Source: an uncultured Candidatus Saccharibacteria bacterium (lineage in GTDB: Bacteria; Patescibacteriota; Minisyncoccia; Phycocordibacterales; UBA9973). From it: a stretch of 64,000 nucleotides of DNA. Position numbers and translations under genes: made by a program. The first letter of the stretch is position 1. The number at the start of each line of letters is the position of its first letter. The notes under the pieces were generated by a model that was not told the origin of the DNA, ran no database searches, and was given only the letters and a program-made list of their open reading frames with translations. Shown here in pieces: positions 18,015 to 27,079 of the stretch. The stretch spans positions 133,532 to 197,531 of the forward strand of contig CAZGOI010000002.1 in the NCBI GenBank assembly GCA_964527185.1, written 5' to 3'.

Positions 18015-18941
18015 ATGAAGCTAAGGTACCAAATATTGATACTTCTATTTGTTGCACTTGTCCTTTTTGTGGCCAGGGATGACGTTTTGAGTGTTTATAA
18101 AAAGGTGCTTTCTTATATATCTTCGCCATCCGGGATTCAAAAAATTGAAAACACAATAGTTTTAAATTCGCAAAAAATTCTAACACCTGCAAAATCTGTA
18201 AATACCCCGGGCGCCCTCGAAGTCAAAACTGGCTTGGCCGACAACGCGAGCGAAGTCAATCTTTCAAATAAAGCGGTAATCGATATGACAAATAAAAATA
18301 GGAAAGACAATGGCAACCTGGCTCCGCTAGCCGAGAATTCACAACTCGATTTCTCTGCTGAATTAAAACTCAAAGACATGTTCAAAAACCAATACTTTGC
18401 CCACGTCTCGCCAAGCGGGGTTGGCGTTACAGATCTGGCTCAAAAAGTTTCTTACAAATACATCATTATCGGTGAAAATCTGGCACTCGGTAATTTCAAA
18501 GATGCAAAAGCCTTGCTCGATGCATGGATGGCGAGCCCTGGGCACCGTGCAAACATTTTAAATCAAAAATATACGGAAATAGGCGTTGCTGTCGGTCACG
18601 GCATGTACCAAGGCCAAGATATATGGATGGCTGTCCAGCATTTTGGGTTACCTCGCAGTTCTTGTCCTGGTATTGACGAGAGTTTACAAAGCCAAATAAC
18701 TTTGGAAGAAAATAATGCAAAAAATATGGAAGCCGATTTAAATACCAGAAAACAGAGGATCGACAGTGGGGGAGTATATGACGGTAAGACTACCAATGAA
18801 CAAATCAACGAGTACAATGCTCTAGTTGCCACCTATAACAATCTGCTCCTAGATATAAAAAATAAAATAAGTGATTACAACTTGGAAGTCAACACTTTCA
18901 ATCAATGTCTTTCAAATAGCACCTCTGGCCAAACCACCTAA
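18015..18941 (+). CDS. CAP/SCP/PR-1-domain protein with an N-terminal TM anchor and a C-terminal coiled-coil tail.
   Basis: CAP motifs GENLALGNF, HRANILNQKYTEIGVAV and a CAP1-like GHGMYQ. Confidence 0.7.
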   Translation: MKLRYQILILLFVALVLFVARDDVLSVYKKVLSYISSPSGIQKIENTIVLNSQKILTPAKSVNTPGALEVKTGLADNASEVNLSNKAVIDMTNKNRKDNGNLAPLAENSQLDFSAELKLKDMFKNQYFAHVSPSGVGVTDLAQKVSYKYIIIGENLALGNFKDAKALLDAWMASPGHRANILNQKYTEIGVAVGHGMYQGQDIWMAVQHFGLPRSSCPGIDESLQSQITLEENNAKNMEADLNTRKQRIDSGGVYDGKTTNEQINEYNALVATYNNLLLDIKNKISDYNLEVNTFNQCLSNSTSGQTT

Positions 18942-19074
18942 CATAGGGGACCCCGTCAAGCCCACAAATATCCAATGTCGCCATAGTATATGAATGTCGT
19001 ACAATATATCTTTTACGACACTGAGTATAACTAAAAACCGGGTGTCTCTTTTGACTCCCGGCTTCTTTAATTCT

Positions 19075-19602
19075 TTACGCAGTTTTCAATTTTTTTAGTT
19101 CTAAGTTCGGAATGTTTTTTACGGCATAAACAAGAGATGGAAGTATTATTGCCTTACCACCACCCTTCACCGGCAATTTTTTGTATCCCTCATTTAGATC
19201 GCTAATTTGACGGAATGAAAATGATCCATTTATACAATTGGCAGCGGATTCAAGTGGGATAAATAAGGCCAAAAAAAATAAATCGCTTACCTCATATATA
19301 ATGGAGTTAACAATCTTATTTTGGTCAAATTGTTCGCCGAGATACTTCGTTACAGTCTTTTTCTGTAGGTTTGTTAAGCTGTAACGGCCGTAAGGGGTTT
19401 TTATCTGAGGCAATTTAAACACCAGTGAACCGTATTTCAAACTCTTTTTAATTTCGAGCATGACTCTTTGTTTAGATTCATCAAAAATAACGAGAGCAGA
19501 AACGGTTTTACGATTTCCTGTTGTTGGTAAGTTCCTCGAATCTTTTTTTTGTTGTTTGGCAAGGTCATTGCCATTCGAATAATAAACTAGTTTTTTTGAC
19601 AT
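19075..19602 (-). CDS. Hypothetical soluble protein (175 aa).
   Basis: ORF only. No TM and no recognisable catalytic motif; it might have a degenerate Nudix-like beta start without a Nudix box. Confidence 0.35.
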   Translation of the reverse strand: MSKKLVYYSNGNDLAKQQKKDSRNLPTTGNRKTVSALVIFDESKQRVMLEIKKSLKYGSLVFKLPQIKTPYGRYSLTNLQKKTVTKYLGEQFDQNKIVNSIIYEVSDLFFLALFIPLESAANCINGSFSFRQISDLNEGYKKLPVKGGGKAIILPSLVYAVKNIPNLELKKLKTA

Positions 19603-19665
19603 AAAAACTGGGTTTTGATTTTAAAATTTTTTTCCCAGTTTATCACGATATACGATATTTATCAA

Positions 19666-20601
19666 TCACCAACTGCCAGATGCACCTCCACCCCCAGAAC
19701 CTCCGCCACCAAACCCTCCAAAACCACTCCCACCGCCAAATCCTCCACCGCCTATCCACCAAGGGTGGCCTATGCCGAGCGATTTATTTTTTTGATATTT
19801 TTTAGAAACTAGATAATCAAATAAAAGCCCGAATCCAATAAGGCCGAAAAATATTATTATGTTTATAAAAAGAATAGACGATATAAATAAGAAAATCATA
19901 TTAAGCCCGCCGACTATTCCACCGAGCACTCCGCCGGCCCACCAAGATTTTGAACGCGCTAGTATTGCAGCCATCCATTGCAAGATCATAAGTCCGAAAA
20001 ATATAAAAAACATAAATGAATTTCCGCTACCGCTACTTCCATTTGATGCAGAATTATAATTTTCGGCTTGAGATGGGTCTCTGACTACCTGTTCGATAGC
20101 ATTTACTCCATCAGTAATTCCACTAGCAAATTCCCCACTTTTAAATTTAGGTATTATGGAATTCTCTTCGATATTGTGCGCGACGATATCAGTCAGTGTT
20201 GGTTCAAGGCCATAGCCAACATGAATACGGACCGAGTGATCGTCTTTTGATACAAGCAGCAATGCACCATTGTCTTGACCCTTCTTGCCGATACCCCACT
20301 TTGTAAATATTTCTTGCGCCACGTTTTCAACCGTGTCGCCACCCAGTGAATTTATAATAACAACAGCGATCTCGTCACTCGTTTCTTTCTGAAAATTTTC
20401 TAAATTTTGCTCGAGCATTTGTTTGTCGCTATTGCCAAGCAAAGATGCTTGGTCCAAAACATATCCATTTGGCCGGCTAGGCACATCAAAAGCCAAAACT
20501 AGATGTGCACCTAGTATAAAAGAAAATATCAATAAAACTCCAAAAAGAATCTTATTGAGTGAAATCAACCCTAGGGGTAGATTGTGCTTCTGTTGGTACA
20601 T
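19666..20601 (-). CDS. TPM-domain (YgcG-like) membrane protein with a glycine-rich C-terminal tail.
   Basis: TPM signature (YVLDQASLL...IAVVIINSLGGD...GALLLVSKDDHSVRI), C-terminal TM helices and a GGGGFGGGSGFGGFGGGG tail. The start may lie slightly downstream because the ORF overlaps lemA by 50 nt. Confidence 0.7.
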   Translation of the reverse strand: MYQQKHNLPLGLISLNKILFGVLLIFSFILGAHLVLAFDVPSRPNGYVLDQASLLGNSDKQMLEQNLENFQKETSDEIAVVIINSLGGDTVENVAQEIFTKWGIGKKGQDNGALLLVSKDDHSVRIHVGYGLEPTLTDIVAHNIEENSIIPKFKSGEFASGITDGVNAIEQVVRDPSQAENYNSASNGSSGSGNSFMFFIFFGLMILQWMAAILARSKSWWAGGVLGGIVGGLNMIFLFISSILFINIIIFFGLIGFGLLFDYLVSKKYQKNKSLGIGHPWWIGGGGFGGGSGFGGFGGGGSGGGGASGSW

Positions 20602-21133
20602 TGAAATACTCTCTCGAGTGAATGCCTGCTAATTTAGCAATGATTGAATTTGGGAAATAATGCACCCGAGCATTTATCTGCTGGACGAGGTCGTTGTATT
20701 TACCTCGCTCAACTGCTAGTCGGTTTTCTGTACCTTCGATAGAGACCATTAAATCTTGAAAAGATTTTGAAGATTGGAGATCTGGATAATTTTCTGTTAT
20801 GACAAGAAGCCTAGCGAGAGCACCCTCGACTTCGGTAGCCGCTTGAGCTTTTTGGTCGGTAGTTACTGCGCCGGCATAATGACTACGGGCATTGGCGATC
20901 TGACCAAAAACATCGCGCTCTTGTTTTGTATTTCCTTTGACTGTTGCTACGAGGTTGGGAATCAGATCATAACGGCGCTGTAATTGGTTTTCAACCTGTG
21001 CCCATTGCTTGGTAACGTTCTCATTTAAATTAATAAAAGAATTGTATGAGGCAACTCCCCAGATGATTATGATCAATACCACTGCCAACGCTATCAACTT
21101 GCTTGCATTTTTTGATTTTGTGCTTGGTTCCAT
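20552..21133 (-). CDS. lemA: LemA family protein.
   Basis: N-terminal TM plus the LemA core (YNSFINLNENVTKQWAQVENQLQRRYDLIPNLV...LLVITENYPDLQSS). Confidence 0.8.
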   Translation of the reverse strand: MEPSTKSKNASKLIALAVVLIIIIWGVASYNSFINLNENVTKQWAQVENQLQRRYDLIPNLVATVKGNTKQERDVFGQIANARSHYAGAVTTDQKAQAATEVEGALARLLVITENYPDLQSSKSFQDLMVSIEGTENRLAVERGKYNDLVQQINARVHYFPNSIIAKLAGIHSREYFNVPTEAQSTPRVDFTQ

Positions 21134-21183
21134 ATTTTTTATGTTACTTATAATTTTTACACTAGTATTATAACATGAATAAT

Positions 21184-21831
21184 TTATCTAGTCACTAGGT
21201 GTGTTGGGTCGAAATGGCCATCTACGACTGGAATTATAGCTTCTTTTGGTATTTTGACGTACATATTGTATCCATCCTTGCGCCCTTCGAGGTTATATAC
21301 AATATCGGCTTTGTATTCTGTGTCATCGACTGTTAAATTTGCCGCTTCGTTTTTTATTAATTTTATATTCTCTATTACGACATCTCTGCCGCCAAGACGT
21401 GCGTAAGATTTTTCTACCGCTTGGTCTCCGCGATCATTAAAAAGCGCTATATACATTGAACCACCATGCGAATCACTACTGATATACATTGGAATAACTG
21501 CATCAACCCTCGGATCTTTCTTTTCATATGTTCCATTTATAAAAATTGTCTGTAAAAATTTATCATCAAGTGTTACCTGACCCATCTTTTTGTCATCTGT
21601 TATGTAATTACCAATTTTATTTTTTATACCAACAAGTTGATCCCTATCTGGGAGTGTGACAACGCTATTTAGAACCCTATCTCGACTCGTGTATATGTAA
21701 TTTGAGACTTTAGTCTGATTGCTTTTAAATTCATTAATCTTTGCAGACTCTTTTGCATAATCCGAGAAGACAAAAGAAAGTGCGATAACAAAGCAAATAA
21801 ATATAAATATATTTTTATATTTCTTATTCAT
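21184..21831 (-). CDS. Hypothetical secreted or membrane-anchored protein (215 aa), first gene of the LemA/TPM cluster.
   Basis: N-terminal hydrophobic anchor with no known motifs. It is co-directional and tightly spaced with lemA. Confidence 0.4.
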   Translation of the reverse strand: MNKKYKNIFIFICFVIALSFVFSDYAKESAKINEFKSNQTKVSNYIYTSRDRVLNSVVTLPDRDQLVGIKNKIGNYITDDKKMGQVTLDDKFLQTIFINGTYEKKDPRVDAVIPMYISSDSHGGSMYIALFNDRGDQAVEKSYARLGGRDVVIENIKLIKNEAANLTVDDTEYKADIVYNLEGRKDGYNMYVKIPKEAIIPVVDGHFDPTHLVTR

Positions 21832-21895
21832 TGGTTGATTTTACCATTTTAAATCGTAGAAGCCAAAAAAGACTTGCAAAATAAAGCTTTTTTAT

Positions 21896-22189
21896 TTGAC
21901 AATACTATACCAAGTGTGCTATAATCTAGGCTCACCAAATGTTCTTTATATGGATATAAAAAAGATGAACAAAAGATACAAATTAAAACTAATTATTAGT
22001 TTGTTAATTTTTATCTTGATTTTCTCAATTGTTACATTTCTAATTTTCAAAAACTGGCAGAGCATCAAAAACGACCCGAAATCAAAAATATTTTTGGGTA
22101 TGTATTATATATCCTGCGGGATATATATCGGCTTGATGCTCGGTTTGAAGATCGGATATTTGAAAACAATTAATAAAGAGAAAATTTAG
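21896..22189 (+). CDS. Hypothetical small membrane protein.
   Basis: ORF with 2 TM helices; the start is uncertain. Confidence 0.25.
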   Translation: MTILYQVCYNLGSPNVLYMDIKKMNKRYKLKLIISLLIFILIFSIVTFLIFKNWQSIKNDPKSKIFLGMYYISCGIYIGLMLGLKIGYLKTINKEKI

Positions 22190-22207
22190 TTTCCAAATCC
22201 TACGAAA

Positions 22208-22246
22208 AGCGACCACATACCTAATCCGTACTGGGTCGCTTTTACT
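22208..22246. terminator. Hairpin (agcgacc...ggtcgct) between convergent genes; a possible terminator.
   Basis: 7-bp stem with a large loop followed by a T-run on the plus strand. Confidence 0.35.
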
Positions 22247-22247
22247 T

Positions 22248-22511
22248 TTATTTTATCGCACCCTCTTTTTTAAGCAGCAAAGTCTTTACATTGCTTCCTC
22301 CCCTATTGTAGCCACCAACCCTTCCATCGCTGCGCACAACTCTATGGCAAGGAACGCTTTTATCGTAATTGTATTTCATAATCATACCGACAGCCCTTGC
22401 CGCGCCAGCATGCCCTGCTCGCATTGCCACCTGTTTATATGTCAGGGTCTTCCCTCTTGGGATTTTTCTAACTACTTCTTTAACTTTTTCTTTAAAGCTT
22501 TTTGTTATCAC
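22248..22511 (-). CDS. ogt: Minimal methylated-DNA-protein-cysteine methyltransferase (Ogt/MGMT DNA-binding domain with active-site Cys), GTG start.
   Basis: Active-site motif PCHRVV and helix-turn-helix TYKQVAMRAGHAGAARAVG. Only 87 aa, so no N-terminal domain. Confidence 0.7.
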   Translation of the reverse strand: MITKSFKEKVKEVVRKIPRGKTLTYKQVAMRAGHAGAARAVGMIMKYNYDKSVPCHRVVRSDGRVGGYNRGGSNVKTLLLKKEGAIK

Positions 22512-22545
22512 AATTTTAATTATATACTAACAATTTCTTTCTTTA

Positions 22546-22577
22546 AACAAGACCCACATTTCTGTGGGTCTTGTTTT
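22546..22577 (-). terminator. Hairpin terminator after the SWIB gene (13-bp perfect stem aacaagacccaca/tgtgggtcttgtt).
   Basis: Inverted repeat read directly. Confidence 0.55.
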
Positions 22578-22582
22578 CTAGA

Positions 22583-22837
22583 TTACGATAGGTGTTTAGA
22601 TACGAGCTTGGTCATTTCAAACATATTGACTACGCCCTTACCACCAAAAACTTTCTTTAAATTCTCATCGGCGTTGATGTTACGTTTATTCTTTGCGTCC
22701 TGAAGACCATTTTTCTTTATATATACCCATAGACCCTTAACAACTTCTGAACGAGGCATTGGACCCTTGCCCACAACCACTGCAAGATCTGCACTGATAT
22801 TCATAGGCTTCATAAATGCGGATGTTTTTGCTGCCAT
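22583..22837 (-). CDS. SWIB/MDM2-domain protein (84 aa, stand-alone).
   Basis: LAVVVGKGPMPRSEVVKGLWVYIKKNGLQD...NMFEMTKLVSKHL matches the SWIB/MDM2 fold signature. Confidence 0.7.
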   Translation of the reverse strand: MAAKTSAFMKPMNISADLAVVVGKGPMPRSEVVKGLWVYIKKNGLQDAKNKRNINADENLKKVFGGKGVVNMFEMTKLVSKHLS

Positions 22838-22944
22838 ATTGATAGTCTCGAAATATCGAGTAAATAAAATTCTTACTATTAATACTCTAATTGTACCACA
22901 TGCGACCTATATGTGTAAACAAATGATGTGTAAACAACCCCACA

Positions 22945-23511
22945 TTAGTATTTTCTGATGACGGCAATAACTTTGGCATTTATATGAAGATATTGTTTGG
23001 GATAGATAGGTTCAAAGTCTTTGTTTGCGGGTTCGAGCCATAATTTGTCGCCGTCTTTTTTAAAATATTTCATAGTGAATTCCCCATCGACATTTGCAAT
23101 GACGATATCGCCATCTTTGGCTTGCTCGGTTTTTTCGACAAGCACCATGTCGCCATCTTTTATATGGGCATCGATCATGGAGTTACCATCAACTTCTAGC
23201 ATGAAAGTATCTTCCTTTTTGTTGACCAAGTAGTTATCTAAATTTATGGCCTCTTTTAATTCTTCATCGACATCAACAGGAAAGCCGGCAGTCACCGAAC
23301 CGAGAAGCGGGATATCGCTGAATAAAACACTTGGCAATAATCTACCCAGATGATCTTTGGTTACGAGCCTTGTCTCTATAAATTTCTCGACGAGTCTTGC
23401 CACGGCGTTTTTTGATTTAAAGCCGAAAAGGCGCATCATCTCGGTATATGTCGGCATGCGCTTTTCCCTATTGTAGAAATTAAGAAGTTTGTCTTTATAT
23501 TCTTTAGTCAT
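22945..23511 (-). CDS. lexA: LexA repressor (S24 autopeptidase).
   Basis: N-terminal winged HTH, cleavage-site region GSVTAGFP, catalytic Ser in VDGNSM and Lys in FTMKYFKK. Confidence 0.85.
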   Translation of the reverse strand: MTKEYKDKLLNFYNREKRMPTYTEMMRLFGFKSKNAVARLVEKFIETRLVTKDHLGRLLPSVLFSDIPLLGSVTAGFPVDVDEELKEAINLDNYLVNKKEDTFMLEVDGNSMIDAHIKDGDMVLVEKTEQAKDGDIVIANVDGEFTMKYFKKDGDKLWLEPANKDFEPIYPKQYLHINAKVIAVIRKY

Positions 23512-23514
23512 ATC

Positions 23515-23775
23515 TTAAAATTGCGGAAGAAGCGAAAAAAATTTATTAAACATACTTCTGCGAGAATGCTGGCGGACCTTGTGAACGAGCATCTTGTGGA
23601 TGCGAGCCTCGCGCCTGTATTCCTCACCGCTCAGAATCTTCATATCGATTTTCTTGTTTATCTCGTGAAGTTCGCACTCTATTATTTTTAAATATTGCTC
23701 CCTACTCATACCCATATTGTATGTGAACGGTCGTTCACAGTCAAGCGGAGAACTGTGGATAACTAAATCAGTCAT
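23515..23775 (-). CDS. Hypothetical small basic protein, cotranscribed upstream of lexA. The true start is probably Met21 or Met23 (about 64-66 aa), because the LexA operator overlaps codons 11-16 of the long ORF.
   Basis: The ORF sits 3 nt upstream of the lexA start codon, and a promoter with an SOS box immediately precedes the internal ATGs. Confidence 0.4.
   Translation of the reverse strand: MTDLVIHSSPLDCERPFTYNMGMSREQYLKIIECELHEINKKIDMKILSGEEYRREARIHKMLVHKVRQHSRRSMFNKFFSLLPQF
23716..23744 (-). promoter_or_regulatory. Sigma70-like promoter (TTGACT, 17-bp spacer, TACAAT on the minus strand) whose spacer is a Cheo-type LexA box, GTGAAC-N4-GTTCAC.
   Basis: Read directly: minus-strand TTGACTGTGAACGACCGTTCACATACAATATGGGTATG. 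The GAAC-N4-GTTC palindrome sits exactly between -35 and -10. Confidence 0.55.
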
Positions 23776-24728
23776 TAAATAGAAGCCTTCTTTGGGTTTT
23801 TAGTAAATTTATACCACCACCATTTTAATCTACACCAATTATCACAATAAGCTTGCCCATATGGCGGGTGCTCGATCGCATTTTTGTTTAGGCATTTTTC
23901 GCAACAGATAAAATGGTCGTGACACATCAGGTTCGCGCAGTTCACATAGTGCTCGCTCGGAGTCCCGCATTTACTGCAGTGGCCGATGATCTCGTGTTTT
24001 AAAGGATCATTGAAATTCATGGTAATGCGCTTGTCGAAAACATAAAGTGAACCCTTGAAATCTTGACCGGGGTATTTTTCCATATAGCTGACTATGCCCC
24101 CGTCGAGCTGATAGACATCGGTAAAACCTTCGCGGACGAGCAACCCAGATGCCTTCTCGCACCTAACACCGCCAGTGCAAACGGTCAGAACAGTTTTATC
24201 TTTTAAATCTTCTAATTTTTTAATATTCTCTTTTAAGTCTCTAAAATTATTTAATTCTGGGAAAATCGTGCCTTCAAATTTGCCAACTCGAAGCTCGTAG
24301 TCGTTGCGCATATCGACGACGTGAAATTTCTTGCCCTCCTCGTACCATTTGCGCAGATCTTCTGGCTTTAGATGTGTGCCAGTAATTTCATTTGGATTTA
24401 TATCTTTTTCTTTATCAAGATGAAGCGAAACAATTTCATTGCGAACCTTGACCGACAATCTTGGAAAAGCCGTACCATCGCTTGTGCCATTACTTATCTT
24501 CCAATCTATGTCGGCAAAACGCTCGTCGCCCCCCATGATGCTCATGTATTTTTGACATGACTCTATTGTGCCTTCAAATGTCGCGTTTATTCCTTCACTT
24601 GCAACTATCATGCGACCCTTGAGGCCGAGTTTTTGACAGAGCGCAAACTGCTCGTCGCGCAATTGCTTCGGCTTATCTATATGTGTGTATTTATAGAAAA
24701 GGATGACATTCCACTTTGTATTTTCCAT
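23775..24728 (-). CDS. trhO: Rhodanese-domain tRNA uridine(34) hydroxylase TrhO (YceA/UPF0176 family). The start is revised to MENTKWNV.
   Basis: UPF0176 N-terminal fold (ILFYKYTHIDKPKQL), rhodanese active-site loop CTGGVRCEKAS and a C-terminal Cys cluster. The upstream 39 codons of the ORF are hydrophobic junk that would overlap the promoter region. Confidence 0.75.
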   Translation of the reverse strand: MENTKWNVILFYKYTHIDKPKQLRDEQFALCQKLGLKGRMIVASEGINATFEGTIESCQKYMSIMGGDERFADIDWKISNGTSDGTAFPRLSVKVRNEIVSLHLDKEKDINPNEITGTHLKPEDLRKWYEEGKKFHVVDMRNDYELRVGKFEGTIFPELNNFRDLKENIKKLEDLKDKTVLTVCTGGVRCEKASGLLVREGFTDVYQLDGGIVSYMEKYPGQDFKGSLYVFDKRITMNFNDPLKHEIIGHCSKCGTPSEHYVNCANLMCHDHFICCEKCLNKNAIEHPPYGQAYCDNWCRLKWWWYKFTKNPKKASI

Positions 24729-24816
24729 TTTGTTAATATAACTTATTTTTGAAAATGTTTTACATTGACTAATATGAAAATATATGATATAAAGTGCTAA
24801 ACAAAATTTTGTTCTC

Positions 24817-25215
24817 ATGAAAAAACAAAAAATAAATAATATCATCAGAAACTCAATACTGGTTTTACTGATTGCTGCTATGGTTTTTACATGGCTCTAT
24901 GTGTTCTTCGGAATGCTCGAAGCAACACATGAAGAAAATGTTTTTGCTACAATGTGCATAATTTTTCTGCACATCTTAGCTCTGACAATTATTCTCATGA
25001 CCAAAGAGTTTTTACTAAAAAAACCCATATGTGTCATTGGAATAATTTCAACAAAATTTATTATTCTAACTCTGGTCGGAGGTCTACATCTTCACGGTCT
25101 CATCCACACAATCATAGTGTTATTAAGATTACTTAGCACAATTTCATTTTATATAATGTGCTTTATGGTTGCCACCGAAGAACTTGCAAGAGCAATAAAA
25201 CCAAAAAGATATTGA
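24817..25215 (+). CDS. Hypothetical membrane protein (4 TM).
   Basis: ORF with hydrophobic helices, terminated by a strong hairpin. Confidence 0.3.
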   Translation: MKKQKINNIIRNSILVLLIAAMVFTWLYVFFGMLEATHEENVFATMCIIFLHILALTIILMTKEFLLKKPICVIGIISTKFIILTLVGGLHLHGLIHTIIVLLRLLSTISFYIMCFMVATEELARAIKPKRY

Positions 25216-25225
25216 GCATAAAAAA

Positions 25226-25250
25226 TACAAGGTCCGTACCCTTGTATTTT
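25226..25250. terminator. Bidirectional terminator (tacaagg-tccgtac-ccttgta) with T-runs on both strands. It serves the membrane gene on the plus strand and the atp operon on the minus strand.
   Basis: Hairpin, plus a T9 tract on the plus strand and a T6 tract on the minus strand. Confidence 0.7.
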
Positions 25251-25252
25251 TT

Positions 25253-25696
25253 TTATTTCCTATACTTTCTATTTTTCCACTTGTCGGCGATTTTTACACG
25301 AGTGAGTGACCTCTCGAGTTCTGATGCAAAGTGCTCAAAATCTACTACTTCCCTATCTTCCATTTTCTTTTTGAGTTCCTCTGCTCTAGCTTTCGCTTCT
25401 ATTATTTTCTCTTCAGTAATTTCAGCAATAGTTTCGGCAAAGTCGGCAAGTATCACACACGTCGTTAAACCGTTCTCTTTTTTTATTTCTATAAACCCAC
25501 CAGAAACCGCCATCGGTATATGCTCGCCACTTTTTTGCGCCACGATATCTCCTGATGAGAGTTCGGCAACAAGCGGAACATGATCACAAAGAACAGTGAT
25601 CTCCCCTTCGGTGGTCGGAATAGTTACCGAATCAACCATCTCTTCTAAGATAAGCCTCTCTGGGGTAACAATTTTTAATTTTAGACTCTTTGACAT
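25253..25696 (-). CDS. atpC: F1 ATP synthase epsilon subunit.
   Basis: LKLKIVTPERLILEEMVDSVTIPTTEGEITVL is typical of epsilon. It is the last gene of the atp operon. Confidence 0.85.
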   Translation of the reverse strand: MSKSLKLKIVTPERLILEEMVDSVTIPTTEGEITVLCDHVPLVAELSSGDIVAQKSGEHIPMAVSGGFIEIKKENGLTTCVILADFAETIAEITEEKIIEAKARAEELKKKMEDREVVDFEHFASELERSLTRVKIADKWKNRKYRK

Positions 25697-25699
25697 ATT

Positions 25700-27058
<1,359 letters not shown>

Positions 27059-27079
27059 TTATAATAATATAATAATTTT

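Noticed and set aside
19666-19760. ccaccgcc and ggtgg-rich DNA at the 3' end of the TPM gene.
   Set aside because: It encodes the poly-Gly tail of the TPM protein. It is a coding low-complexity tract, not a repeat element or CRISPR.
24729-24845. A 39-aa hydrophobic N-terminal extension of trhO.
   Set aside because: It is a non-conserved Phe/Ile-rich string. The UPF0176 domain begins at MENTKWNV (24728).
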